DNA of 64,000 bases. It comes from a virus. Position numbers and translations under genes: made by a program. This document shows positions 9,415-19,386 of the stretch, in pieces (position 1 is the first letter of the stretch; every line of letters starts with the position of its first letter). The stretch covers positions 2,683 to 66,682 of IMG/VR virus record IMGVR_UViG_3300020454_001183; one strand, 5' to 3'. The notes below the pieces were generated by a model. It searched no databases. It saw only the letters and a program-made list of their open reading frames with translations, and had not been told where the DNA came from.

Positions 9415-10530
9415 TTATATTAAATTTTTTTCTAAGTCTTTATTTTTTACTACAACCAATATTTGGTATTTTTTATTTTTGTTAACTTTCTTATAAGTTA
9501 CATGCTGATAAGGTTTATAAATCAAACACTCACCAACTTTTGGTTTTACGATTGAAAATGTTTTTCTATCATTCTTAAACCATTCATCATAAATTTCAAC
9601 TTCACCACCTTCATAATCATCATTTAATGTGAAATCATAAATCTGTTTAAATTGCTCATCATCACTAATAGGTAATCCTTTTATAGTTTCTATATGCCTA
9701 TCATAACCATCACCCTCATTATATTCGAAAAACCCACACCATACTTTTTTTAAATCAACAGCTTTGAAACTTAAAAATATAGTATCATTTAATAGTTTTT
9801 CAAATTCCTTATTATACTTTAGTTTGGTAAAATTAAATTTACGCTTATGTGATATTCCATCAATCTCTTTCTCAGCTTCGTAGTAATTTAAATTATTTTT
9901 ATTATCAAAAATTATTTTATTACATAGTTTTTTATTCAAAAGGGATTTTGATTCAAAATATTTTTCCTTTCTGAACTCATTAGCTACAAAGTATGTCCAA
10001 CCTATTTTATGCGTTTTTGGTATTCTATAATCATTGCCCCAATAAACTTGAACTTCTTCTTTATTTAGATTAGTTCTAAATTTAGTGTATTCGAAAATAC
10101 TTAAAACACAATTTTCATTTGCAATAAGTTTTGCATACTTTTCAAAAGATTGATACTTGTCCCATTCATCAACTGATGGTGATGTGTGAAAATATTCCCA
10201 TAATTTTTCATACTCTTCAAAAGTTTTTTTAGTACTAAAGTTTTCATCTTCAGGTGAAAAAGTATCCATATAGATACCATCAAATTTTTTACCTAATGAT
10301 GGAATGATATCAATCCAATCTCCAAAATGTAAATGAACATTTGGTTTATCCTTCGCCCATTCTTTGGCTCTTTGATAAACATCTTTTCTTTTTTCAATTA
10401 TGGTTAACGATTTAACTCCCTTACTATAAAAGTACTTAGAGCTAATTCCCCATCCATAACCAACATCTAAAACATCTCCCCTCGTTTTCGAAATAATATC
10501 AAAAACAATTGGATTAAAATTTTTTTCCAT
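9415..10530 (-). CDS. Fusion of a class I SAM methyltransferase (GAMT/Rmt2-like) and a 2OG-Fe(II) oxygenase-like domain
   Basis: N-half: DVLDVGYGWG, IIE, FDGIYMDTF. C-half: YNEGDGYDRHIE, LNDDYEGGE, distal QH. Confidence 0.7.
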   Translation of the reverse strand: MEKNFNPIVFDIISKTRGDVLDVGYGWGISSKYFYSKGVKSLTIIEKRKDVYQRAKEWAKDKPNVHLHFGDWIDIIPSLGKKFDGIYMDTFSPEDENFSTKKTFEEYEKLWEYFHTSPSVDEWDKYQSFEKYAKLIANENCVLSIFEYTKFRTNLNKEEVQVYWGNDYRIPKTHKIGWTYFVANEFRKEKYFESKSLLNKKLCNKIIFDNKNNLNYYEAEKEIDGISHKRKFNFTKLKYNKEFEKLLNDTIFLSFKAVDLKKVWCGFFEYNEGDGYDRHIETIKGLPISDDEQFKQIYDFTLNDDYEGGEVEIYDEWFKNDRKTFSIVKPKVGECLIYKPYQHVTYKKVNKNKKYQILVVVKNKDLEKNLI

Positions 10531-10534
10531 TTAC

Positions 10535-11530
10535 CTAAAATAAATCATCCCAGTCCTCACCTTCATTTGCTTTTGAATAATCAGTAGGTCTGATAGCGAA
10601 GAAATCAGTATGAGTGTGTCCACCTGTAAGATGGTAGAACCAGTCTAAATTAGATGCTTTATCTTTATCAAAATCAAAAATAGCAGTATATCCTAATTCT
10701 TTTAATTTTTGATTTGTTCTATCTTTTATAAATTCTTTTAAATCATCTGCTTTTAAATTTTCTAAATCACCCATCTCAAACATTTTATCAATAAATTTAA
10801 GTTCAAGTTCAACGATTAGATTAGCAGCTTCTTCTATGGAATCTTTACATTGTTCCTTTAGTTCGGGATATTCCTCACACATATGTCTGAACAATTGACA
10901 ACCCATTCTACTGTGAAGTGATTCATCTCTTACACTCCACTTCATTTGTTGTCCAATTCCTTTTAATTTGTTTCTCATTTGAAATGAGTAAAGAACAGCA
11001 AAGGAAGAGTAGAGCGATACTCCTTCAGCAAATGCCGAAAATATCGCTAAGCTCCTACCAACTTCCTGTCTTGCTTTCTCATTAGTTTCTAAATCTGTGT
11101 GTTTCCACTCTGCAGAAGTTTGTGTTAGTAGCTCAAACTTTTCAGCTACCGCAGGTTCATGTAAGAACGCTGAGAAATCATCCAATCCTAAAGTTTCATT
11201 TAAATAAGAATAAGCAGTAGCATGAATGGTTTCTTGTGAACCAAACATCATTGCCATTTGTCTTATCTCATGTTTAGGAAACCAATCAGTTACCATATTA
11301 GTCCAATAGTCAGAAACTGCGCATTCTGTTTGTGCAAATCCTAATAGGATATTACCAACTAAATTCTTTTCAGCTTCTGTTAAAGTTTCATTCCAATCTT
11401 TAACATCCATCTGCATTGGAATCTCTGTATGTAACCAAAATGCTTGTGCTTGCTTTAACCAACCCTCATTGTAGTATATTGGGTATTCGAATGGTTTGAA
11501 CGGTACTCGTTCTTTGAATAATTTACTCAT
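10535..11530 (-). CDS. nrdB: Ribonucleotide reductase class I beta subunit
   Basis: FW..EI, QETIHATAY (ExxH plus Tyr), EGVSLYSSF, RDESLH, DFF. Confidence 0.95.
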   Translation of the reverse strand: MSKLFKERVPFKPFEYPIYYNEGWLKQAQAFWLHTEIPMQMDVKDWNETLTEAEKNLVGNILLGFAQTECAVSDYWTNMVTDWFPKHEIRQMAMMFGSQETIHATAYSYLNETLGLDDFSAFLHEPAVAEKFELLTQTSAEWKHTDLETNEKARQEVGRSLAIFSAFAEGVSLYSSFAVLYSFQMRNKLKGIGQQMKWSVRDESLHSRMGCQLFRHMCEEYPELKEQCKDSIEEAANLIVELELKFIDKMFEMGDLENLKADDLKEFIKDRTNQKLKELGYTAIFDFDKDKASNLDWFYHLTGGHTHTDFFAIRPTDYSKANEGEDWDDLF

Positions 11531-11545
11531 GTCTTATAACCTTTA

Positions 11546-11716
11546 TTATTTGTTTTCTTCTACAGATGCTTTTCTATAATCTGTAACTAATTTTTTAATT
11601 TCCCCAATAGCTTTTCTAGCTCTACTTTTAGATGCTTTAGAAGTTCCATTGTGTTCTGTTTCAAATTGTAAATACAATTCTTTGATTTGTTCGAAAAGTT
11701 CATCTGATTTTGCCAT
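11546..11716 (-). CDS. Hc1-like (histone H1-like) nucleoid protein, 56 aa, missed by the ORF track
   Basis: Translates MAKSDELFEQIKELYLQFETEHNGTSKASKSRARKAIGEIKKLVTDYRKASVEENK; KA..RARK...E..K....RK.S pattern; AAGGA upstream. Confidence 0.8.
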   Translation of the reverse strand: MAKSDELFEQIKELYLQFETEHNGTSKASKSRARKAIGEIKKLVTDYRKASVEENK

Positions 11717-11809
11717 AATTTTTTCCTTTTGTTTTTAAGTGTTCGTAGATATAACTATTGTATATATTAGAAAAGATACACCTACATAAGTTAAATTTTT
11801 ATCTTTCTT

Positions 11810-13171
11810 CTAAAAGTTCATACTCTCCACATATTTTTTATGTAATAATTGCTTTCTTTCAATATTGCCACTAGCGGATTCTTTAGTTGAAAGTATCCCT
11901 TCGGTTGATGTTCCATCATAAACTTCAATGAATCCAGTATTAGTATCCATTTTACAAGGAAATGTAATACCATCAGGTCCAAATCTATTTTTCATAATGT
12001 GGCATCTTGCAGTATTATTGAGTTTATCTTTACTCTTTCTACTCCAACTCATAATGAAATCAGCATTCATTACTTTTGCGTAAGAATCTGAAATTTTATC
12101 GGCTTCTATAACCTCTGAATCTATAGCTGAACGATTGGTTTGTGATGCAGTCCATATGGGAATACCATACTCACCACTCAAACCTCTCAAGTCGATGTAA
12201 ACACCACCTTGCTCAGCATATGTTGAATCAGTTTTGTTTGAATGTGATAGTAATAAATCTGCATAATCAATTAAGATTAAATCAGGTTTGTTATCATTAG
12301 CTATCATCTTATCAATATGTTGTGCAACCTTTTTTGAAGATACTCCCTTTGGTGGAAAATACTTAATTAAAAGATTACCTTTTAATGATTTAATTTTTTC
12401 TATTACTTCATCTTTTCTTTCCTTTACATTGGCAGATGGTATTTTTGAGAATACTGTATCGTATCTTTGCCCTACATAGTGCTCAGAGAGTTCTAATGAG
12501 TAGTGAACAACACTCAACCCCTGTCTTACTGCAGATGCTCCTAAAGCCGTTAGAATCCAAGTTTTACCAACACCTGATGGGGCTACTACAACACCTAACT
12601 CACCCGGCCCAAGTCCACCATCCATTAAATCATTTACAGGTTGCCAATCAGAAGGTACTGTATCTCTTTTTACATCCTCTATACGAGATAAAAAATCATC
12701 TTTATAATCATGTCCTAAATCAGTTTCAGTACCAACTTTCATAGCTTTATCCACCAAGTCTTTGATTCTATCAAAATTACCAGCTTTCAATAAATCAACG
12801 GATTGAAGGATTACTCCTTTTAAATTTTGGTTTCTACAAAATGCAGTAAATTCTTTTTTAATATAATCTAAATCTACATTACCAATCTGAGTATATACAT
12901 GTCTAAGTTGTTCAACAACTGTAGTTTTAAGAATCTCATTATCTAGTTTTGTTAACTTATGTTTGAAAACATCCATAGTTGGTGGTTTTCTAAACTCCTC
13001 ATTATAATCTATGATTTCATCAATAATCCACTTATTAGCCTCTGATTCAAAAAACTTTGGGGATAATATTTCGGAAAGTTTCTCTAAAAACTTACCATCG
13101 GTGAGTAATGCTGATACTACTTTTGATTGAAATGAGTTACCAAATTTTGATAAATTATCTATTTCCTGCAT
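11810..13171 (-). CDS. Replicative DnaB-family helicase (T4 gp41-like)
   Basis: Walker A APSGVGKT, SLE, LIDYADL, TASQTNR, KNRFG. Confidence 0.92.
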   Translation of the reverse strand: MQEIDNLSKFGNSFQSKVVSALLTDGKFLEKLSEILSPKFFESEANKWIIDEIIDYNEEFRKPPTMDVFKHKLTKLDNEILKTTVVEQLRHVYTQIGNVDLDYIKKEFTAFCRNQNLKGVILQSVDLLKAGNFDRIKDLVDKAMKVGTETDLGHDYKDDFLSRIEDVKRDTVPSDWQPVNDLMDGGLGPGELGVVVAPSGVGKTWILTALGASAVRQGLSVVHYSLELSEHYVGQRYDTVFSKIPSANVKERKDEVIEKIKSLKGNLLIKYFPPKGVSSKKVAQHIDKMIANDNKPDLILIDYADLLLSHSNKTDSTYAEQGGVYIDLRGLSGEYGIPIWTASQTNRSAIDSEVIEADKISDSYAKVMNADFIMSWSRKSKDKLNNTARCHIMKNRFGPDGITFPCKMDTNTGFIEVYDGTSTEGILSTKESASGNIERKQLLHKKYVESMNF

Positions 13172-13191
13172 TTATAACTTTTATATTGTAA

Positions 13192-13223
13192 CAAATATAC
13201 TAAAAATATTTGATATATCCAAA
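13192..13223 (-). promoter_or_regulatory. Bacteroidota-type -33/-7 promoter (exact consensus)
   Basis: TTTG-N20-TATATTTG matches TTTG...TAnnTTTG; upstream of the helicase. Confidence 0.85.
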
Positions 13224-13226
13224 TAT

Positions 13227-13676
13227 TTATACCTTTAATTTTAATTTGGTTATTTGTTTTTTCTCTGTTCCATATTTTTCACAAACATATTTAATGTGTT
13301 CTCTACCTTCTCTACTATTGTATAGAATTTCTAAATACTCATTTGCTTCTTTCTTTGAACATTGGTAATCTGTAGTTATTAAATCTACTAACCAATCTTC
13401 ATACTTATCTGTTTTCTTCCCTTTAACATATCTGAGATAATGTCTACCTTTTGGTAAAATACCAATATATGCCAAATATAACGCTTTAGGTGGAAGTGAT
13501 TGTGTGTAAGGTTGTAACTCTGCTATCAAATCTATCCAATCAGGATTCATCGAAAGGAATCTATGAATCATATAATTAGACCAAGTCTTCATATCCGCTT
13601 CTTCCAATGTATCAAAGTACTTTGGATTCTGTTCATTTGTGATTGCCTTTATGTGGTCGAATAATGATTTAGCCAT
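13227..13676 (-). CDS. Clamp loader small subunit (T4 gp62-like)
   Basis: SLFDHIKAI...NYMIHRFLS pattern; position downstream of the gp44-like gene. Confidence 0.75.
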   Translation of the reverse strand: MAKSLFDHIKAITNEQNPKYFDTLEEADMKTWSNYMIHRFLSMNPDWIDLIAELQPYTQSLPPKALYLAYIGILPKGRHYLRYVKGKKTDKYEDWLVDLITTDYQCSKKEANEYLEILYNSREGREHIKYVCEKYGTEKKQITKLKLKV

Positions 13677-13941
13677 TTTTCTTATCTAATTTTTTTACCT
13701 CAGGAGGTAATAAATCCTCATTAACTGCTCCACATTCACCACATAGATAAACTTCTATAGGTATCATTACATCTTGCGGAGTACCCGCTGCTAATCTTGA
13801 TATTGTTCTAAACTTAGCTCCACTTATAAACACATCATAACCACAATGTTTACATACCATTGGTTTTGAGTTGTTCATATCTAATTTTGGTTGCTGAGGT
13901 GGTTGATTTCCCACACCTCCAGCTCCTATAATTTTTGCCAT
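13669..13941 (-). CDS. Small zinc-ribbon protein
   Basis: CKHCG...CGECG; lies between the two clamp-loader genes. Confidence 0.65.
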   Translation of the reverse strand: MAKIIGAGGVGNQPPQQPKLDMNNSKPMVCKHCGYDVFISGAKFRTISRLAAGTPQDVMIPIEVYLCGECGAVNEDLLPPEVKKLDKKNG

Positions 13942-13942
13942 A

Positions 13943-14893
13943 TTATTTGTTTATTGTTGATAAAATGTTTAGTATTGTAGCCATAAAGGGTATTTCCTTA
14001 TCGACTGCTAACGCATCTCTATGTTGACCTTCTGCTAATACTAAAATAACTCCACTAACCTTACCTGAAGCATATTCATCTACTTTATCATATAGAAGAG
14101 AATACATTTCAGTAAAATCTTGCACCTTTGAATCAGCTACAGTTTGTCTAACTTTTACATATTTGTTTCTACTATCATCTGATGATTTTAATATTTCTAA
14201 TATCTTAGTTTTAAAATCAGAATCTAACAAATCATTCTTTGAAAGTTTTAATGTTCCCTTAACTGAATTTAGTTGACAAGTATTTATAACTTTTCTAATA
14301 TCAGGATAAGATGAATCTATAATTGGAACTAAATCATTTACATCATATTTTATATCTTCTGATTTTAGAATCTTATCTAATTGTACTGCTACCTCTTTTT
14401 TGGATGGTGGTACAATTTGAAAGGTTTGACATCTACTTTGAATAGGGTCAATAATCTTTTCAACATAATTACAGGTCAAAATAAACCTACAATGTTTAGA
14501 AAAAGTTTCCATTAAGTTTCTAAGTATCGCTTGTGCGTTTGGTGTCATATAATCAAACTCATCTAAGATGATAATCTTATATTTCTTAAAACCTTGCGAT
14601 GATGCAAAGTTTTTAACTTTATTTCTAACTGTATCTACATTGTTTTCATCGGATGCGTTTATAATCATATAATCACACTCTATTGATTTAACAATAAGTT
14701 TAGCTAATGTTGTTTTACCAGTACCAGCTCTACCAAATAGTAAAAGATGGGGAACATCTTTTGATTCGATATAACCACTTACTTTCTCTTTTAGATGTTC
14801 GTTACCAACATAATCATCTAATTTTATCGGTCTATATTTTTCAACCCAAAGTGAGTTGTCAACCATTTCTTCTTTTTGTTCAAAAAAACTCAT
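13943..14893 (-). CDS. Clamp loader ATPase (T4 gp44 / RFC small-subunit-like)
   Basis: LWVEKYRP, GRAGTGKT, NASDE, ILDEFD, SRC. Confidence 0.95.
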   Translation of the reverse strand: MSFFEQKEEMVDNSLWVEKYRPIKLDDYVGNEHLKEKVSGYIESKDVPHLLLFGRAGTGKTTLAKLIVKSIECDYMIINASDENNVDTVRNKVKNFASSQGFKKYKIIILDEFDYMTPNAQAILRNLMETFSKHCRFILTCNYVEKIIDPIQSRCQTFQIVPPSKKEVAVQLDKILKSEDIKYDVNDLVPIIDSSYPDIRKVINTCQLNSVKGTLKLSKNDLLDSDFKTKILEILKSSDDSRNKYVKVRQTVADSKVQDFTEMYSLLYDKVDEYASGKVSGVILVLAEGQHRDALAVDKEIPFMATILNILSTINK

Positions 14894-14894
14894 A

Positions 14895-16106
14895 TTATCT
14901 TCCTACTTCTTTTAAGTAATTATTTTTCATTTTATCCCAATCCATACCAATAGCATCTATATAGTATAAATGTTCTGGCTTTAATCTATTGGAATCATAT
15001 AACTTAGTGTATCTTTTAATAGCTTGTCTTTTCCACCACTTATTAATGTAATCAATACCCTCAGTAAATTTCTTCTTCATCTTTAAATCTTTTTCTTCGA
15101 TTTGTGAACGAAGGAACTCAGGTCCGTTTTCATACATCATAGCAAGATACACTCCTCTTTTAAATCCATGATGATAACTAGATTGTTTGATACCACACTC
15201 TTTAAAGATTTGTCCTAAAATCTTTTGTTTGATACCACTAACAGGTCCGTTTCTTTCATAACCCATACTCTTACCATTTCTTTCTCTTTCTTCGGTAATA
15301 TGTTTCTTATACCAATCTTCTCTGTTTTCTTTCAACCATTGGTGCCACGGGTCATAAAACTCATCATCTGGTTTGATTGATATCTTTCCAGCTGATTCAC
15401 CTAAAGTTTTAAAATGTGGGATACCATTATACTGAGAATGAATACCATATAAAGAAGTTGTACCAACTGCTATAAGAGTTTGTCCATATTTCTTTTTCCA
15501 ATATTCTCTAACCTCAGGTACAGTAGTCATCATAGCAGTAAGTTTACCTCCTAAGAAATTATATCCCAAAGGTTGTGTACAAACAATCGTTGATGCGATT
15601 GTTGTAAAGTTTAGTTTACCTTTTTTGAATTTATCTTCCTTAGTCCAACCAATATATTTATCCCTCACACCCATTGATGTAACATCAGATGCAAGTGATA
15701 CCATACCTAAAAGTTTACCACTCTTTTTATCTTTAATAAATAACTTAACATTTCGACCAGGATTAGCTGTCCAGCTCATTGTATGAATCATTCTTCTAAG
15801 ATGAGTCCACTTTGTAGATTCATTCTTATCTTCAACGATTTCAACATATGGTTCTAATTCCTCAATCTCTTTAATTGTAAGTTCTTTATTATTAATATCT
15901 GTAGGTTTCCACTGCCAATCATAATAAGATGCTATAGTAGATTTATCTCTAAGCATAGAATCTTCTTGCAACTCTACCCACTTTTTGTACAGAGTTTGTT
16001 CCTCTACACTCATCTGCATGAGGTAATCCATATTTTCAATGAGTTTTCGTTTCTCATCTTCAAATACAAATTGAGGTTTGGCTGGTTCTGTATCCCAAAA
16101 ACTCAT
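14895..16106 (-). CDS. DUF4338 / DruA-like protein
   Basis: PGRNVKLFIKD...GKLLG, RDKYIGW, QPLGYNFLGGKL, TTSLYG..SQYN motifs recalled from DUF4338 (Druantia DruA). Confidence 0.7.
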   Translation of the reverse strand: MSFWDTEPAKPQFVFEDEKRKLIENMDYLMQMSVEEQTLYKKWVELQEDSMLRDKSTIASYYDWQWKPTDINNKELTIKEIEELEPYVEIVEDKNESTKWTHLRRMIHTMSWTANPGRNVKLFIKDKKSGKLLGMVSLASDVTSMGVRDKYIGWTKEDKFKKGKLNFTTIASTIVCTQPLGYNFLGGKLTAMMTTVPEVREYWKKKYGQTLIAVGTTSLYGIHSQYNGIPHFKTLGESAGKISIKPDDEFYDPWHQWLKENREDWYKKHITEERERNGKSMGYERNGPVSGIKQKILGQIFKECGIKQSSYHHGFKRGVYLAMMYENGPEFLRSQIEEKDLKMKKKFTEGIDYINKWWKRQAIKRYTKLYDSNRLKPEHLYYIDAIGMDWDKMKNNYLKEVGR

Positions 16107-16801
16107 TACTTAATCTCCACCAAGTAATAGTTAGAAGTATAATCACCATCTTCGAAAGCTACATGCGCTAATCCTTTTGATGAAATTTTAAGTGATGATT
16201 TATTTGAACCTTTGTTTGCAGTTAATATTTCTTTTAAATATTTAGCTGAAAATGCTATAGGGTCTATATCATTATCACAACTACAATTTACAGAAATAGA
16301 AATTCTGTTTGAATTGATTGATGAATATCCTAAGATGATTTCACCTTTGTTGTTTTTACAAGTAAATGTAAATGTATCTGCATCTGCTAATGCTCCTTTT
16401 GATTTGATGTATTTATTAATAAACTCATCATCTAAAGTGATATCAGCATCAAACGGAGGAAGTTCTTTTAAATCAGGTACTGCTGGGATAACAGATGGTG
16501 CAGCTAACATATACTGTACCTTTGTTCCATTATCACTAAATTTTATAGCGCCTGTTGTTTCTTCTACTTTTATTGATGAATCTAATACACTTAATAATCC
16601 TTTTAGTTGAGAAGTGGTATATATACCAAACTCACCTGTTGGGAAGTCCTTTTCAGATACAGTAACATCACCTAATAAAGTTTTGTCATCTGAAATCATT
16701 TTAACCGATACTGAATCATCGGTTGAGTTTAACATTACAGATTCAACCTCACCACCGAGATTGTATCTATTAATGAAGCCATTTAATTTTGCTTTTTCCA
16801 T
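16106..16801 (-). CDS. Sliding clamp (T4 gp45-like)
   Basis: 231 aa, FGIY...L...LS motif, C-terminal YYLV; next to PolB and the clamp loader. Confidence 0.8.
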   Translation of the reverse strand: MEKAKLNGFINRYNLGGEVESVMLNSTDDSVSVKMISDDKTLLGDVTVSEKDFPTGEFGIYTTSQLKGLLSVLDSSIKVEETTGAIKFSDNGTKVQYMLAAPSVIPAVPDLKELPPFDADITLDDEFINKYIKSKGALADADTFTFTCKNNKGEIILGYSSINSNRISISVNCSCDNDIDPIAFSAKYLKEILTANKGSNKSSLKISSKGLAHVAFEDGDYTSNYYLVEIK

Positions 16802-16834
16802 AATTATCCTTTTACTAATTTTAATTTATTTATA

Positions 16835-16866
16835 CTAATATACGAAAAATTTTCCACATTTCCAAA
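16835..16866 (-). promoter_or_regulatory. Bacteroidota-type -33/-7 promoter
   Basis: TTTG-N20-TATATTAG immediately after the PolB stop, upstream of the clamp gene. Confidence 0.8.
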
Positions 16867-19386
16867 TTAAAATGAAAAAAACTTTTCTGCTGTTTTGGTT
16901 GAGGATAAAACTTCACCCCAATCCATTGCGTTATAAAAATCTTCTAACTTTTTTAATAATTCTCTTTCGAAGATTTTATCATAATCAATGTATGTATTGA
17001 CTAATTCCATTATTTCCTTTGGGTCATCGTAACCTTTAAATGCTACTCCATCTAATCCCATTGGATTTTGTTTCAAATAAACCCACTTTACTTTATCACC
17101 ATTTTTCATAGGTTCATATTTCATCTCACATTTAAAATGAGATAATAATTGATTGAAAGCAATAGCTGCTTTTACATGCGCTGGTGTTCCCAACTTAAAT
17201 TGAAACATTCTTTGTTGTTTACCTTTGGGTAAATACTTTGTTAGATTTTTAACTGATGTATTTTTTGCTATTTGTACAACATTCATTTCGGATAAACCTT
17301 TTTTGAATCCCCAAATTTTATCAGTTAACTCATTCTCTGTATTACCTTTTAGAATATCGATAAGTACTTCACTCATAAACTTCCTAAAAGCCGCTGGATA
17401 AGATGACCTAACAACATCTAATCCCTTTACATCTAACTTGTCAACAGCTACCCCATTATCAGAAATAATCCACTGTGCGTACCGTTTCTTTGCTATCCAT
17501 ATTCCACTCTTTGAAACATATTCTTTTTTAATTTCAAATCGATGTTTATCTTTATCAACATTAAAAACCTTTTCGGATAAAATATCATAGAATCCATTTA
17601 GATAATCTTGCATTTCTTCAGCTATCTCATTTACGAAACCAGCTATTGTATCTTGCTCATTATCTTTCCAATCGGGTATTCTCTTATCTAATAAAGGTAC
17701 TGCTGAAAAGAATACAGAATCAGTATCGATGTATATGTTAGAATCCAAAGTACTATCACCAAGCTCCTTATTGTACTTGATGTTAGCCATATCAGCAGTT
17801 GATTTAATAACTGTCTGTCCTGTCGTGGTAACAGCGGTAGCATTATCAACATCATAGAACCGAAAGGCAGGAAGACCAAGCACCCCATATAAAGAGTTAA
17901 GTAGAATCTTCTGTACCAACTGACGTTTTTTATACCATTCGTATTTAGCTTTGTTTCCAGCTTTTCCATATTTTTTCATTTCGTTTTTGAACTCTACCCT
18001 CTGATTAAACCAAATATCTAAGATATCAGGTATACAACCAACTGTATCTGTTCTATATAATACACCATTTGATGCTACTGAAAACTTTGATTTATCAAAA
18101 AACTTTTTAAGGTTCTCTTGAGTAATCGTATCTCCATTGATAATCCATTTATCTCTTTTATTTTTTACAAATTCTTCTGCACTCCAATCTTGGATTTTAC
18201 CAACTTTAGTTTCAGGTGAAATATTAATACTCATAATAATAGAGGGATATAGAGAAGTTAAATCCAAATCATAAATCCATTCGTACTTACCAACAATAGG
18301 TGCCTTCACATATGCTCCAATGAATTTTTCTTCATTATTATCCCTAAGAGCTTGCATTCTTTCTTGTCTATCAGCAGGTTTGTTCGGTGCTACGATACCT
18401 TTCCTCTTTAGGTAACATAGTAATGCTCCCTCTAAGTATTTTGAAGAATAAACAAAATCCTCATATGGAACGTGGCCTGCATGACAGATACCTCTAGCAG
18501 TGTCGATGAATTGCAACTTCTTATCCATATCTACAACTAATTCAACATCTACTAAGTTGTACTCAATGAACTTCTCTATATCATCTCTGAATAGTTGGTC
18601 TAAGTTACCTTGATATTCTATTTTACCTCTACCAACTTCTTTTTTTGCAATAGAATCCAATCGGTAATTATCCAACTCTGTATAAGTAAAGTTTTTATAA
18701 AGTGCTAAATAATCTAAATATGATACACCAGCCATAAAGAATCTTTTTCTATAAGGTGACCAGAAACATTCACCAATAGGTGATAACCTATTTGCTTGTC
18801 TCTTACCTAATAGATTTTTAATTCTATTGTAAAGATATGGTGTATCAAAGTAATCAATATTCCAACCCGTAACAATTGATGGGTTGATATATTCATATAG
18901 TTCTAAATATTTTTCTAAGAGTTCAGCTTCACTTCTAAATGGTAAAACAATTGCTTTATCAGTTTTCTTATTTGATAAACCACCCTCCTTATCTAAAACT
19001 AAAACATAATACTGATTGGTTGCCGAATCATGCAAAGCAATAGAGGTTATCTCATTCTTAGCTTCTTGCATATCGGGCAAACCAGTTTCCATTTCAACCT
19101 CAATATCATATGTAAGGGTAACATGACCGATTGATGGTTCATCTGATTCAGTATAAGTATCTACCAAAACTCTAGTGGTTTCGGGTACATCGGATTCAAA
19201 TAAATTATGATTATCTTTTTGGAATTTATAGATTTTAGTTAATCTATCTCCATACAAAGATATATGTTCCCCATTCTGTGCTTTCTCATAAGCATATCTT
19301 GTGTAAGGAAAAGTTCTATATCCTAATTTATCATCCCATAAATGGATGAGATTTTTTTCTCTCTGATAATATACATTTTGGTACAT
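16867..19386 (-). CDS. polB: Family B DNA polymerase (T4 gp43-like) with proofreading exonuclease
   Basis: ExoI YDIE, ExoII GWNIDYFD, ExoIII YNLVD, DLTSLYPS, KILLNSLYG, YIDTDS, KKRY; C-terminal EKFFSF. Confidence 0.96.
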   Translation of the reverse strand: MYQNVYYQREKNLIHLWDDKLGYRTFPYTRYAYEKAQNGEHISLYGDRLTKIYKFQKDNHNLFESDVPETTRVLVDTYTESDEPSIGHVTLTYDIEVEMETGLPDMQEAKNEITSIALHDSATNQYYVLVLDKEGGLSNKKTDKAIVLPFRSEAELLEKYLELYEYINPSIVTGWNIDYFDTPYLYNRIKNLLGKRQANRLSPIGECFWSPYRKRFFMAGVSYLDYLALYKNFTYTELDNYRLDSIAKKEVGRGKIEYQGNLDQLFRDDIEKFIEYNLVDVELVVDMDKKLQFIDTARGICHAGHVPYEDFVYSSKYLEGALLCYLKRKGIVAPNKPADRQERMQALRDNNEEKFIGAYVKAPIVGKYEWIYDLDLTSLYPSIIMSINISPETKVGKIQDWSAEEFVKNKRDKWIINGDTITQENLKKFFDKSKFSVASNGVLYRTDTVGCIPDILDIWFNQRVEFKNEMKKYGKAGNKAKYEWYKKRQLVQKILLNSLYGVLGLPAFRFYDVDNATAVTTTGQTVIKSTADMANIKYNKELGDSTLDSNIYIDTDSVFFSAVPLLDKRIPDWKDNEQDTIAGFVNEIAEEMQDYLNGFYDILSEKVFNVDKDKHRFEIKKEYVSKSGIWIAKKRYAQWIISDNGVAVDKLDVKGLDVVRSSYPAAFRKFMSEVLIDILKGNTENELTDKIWGFKKGLSEMNVVQIAKNTSVKNLTKYLPKGKQQRMFQFKLGTPAHVKAAIAFNQLLSHFKCEMKYEPMKNGDKVKWVYLKQNPMGLDGVAFKGYDDPKEIMELVNTYIDYDKIFERELLKKLEDFYNAMDWGEVLSSTKTAEKFFSF

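Noticed and set aside
14895-16106. Complete Druantia defence system
   Set aside because: No DruE-like helicase or other Dru genes in the window; the flanking genes are replisome components.
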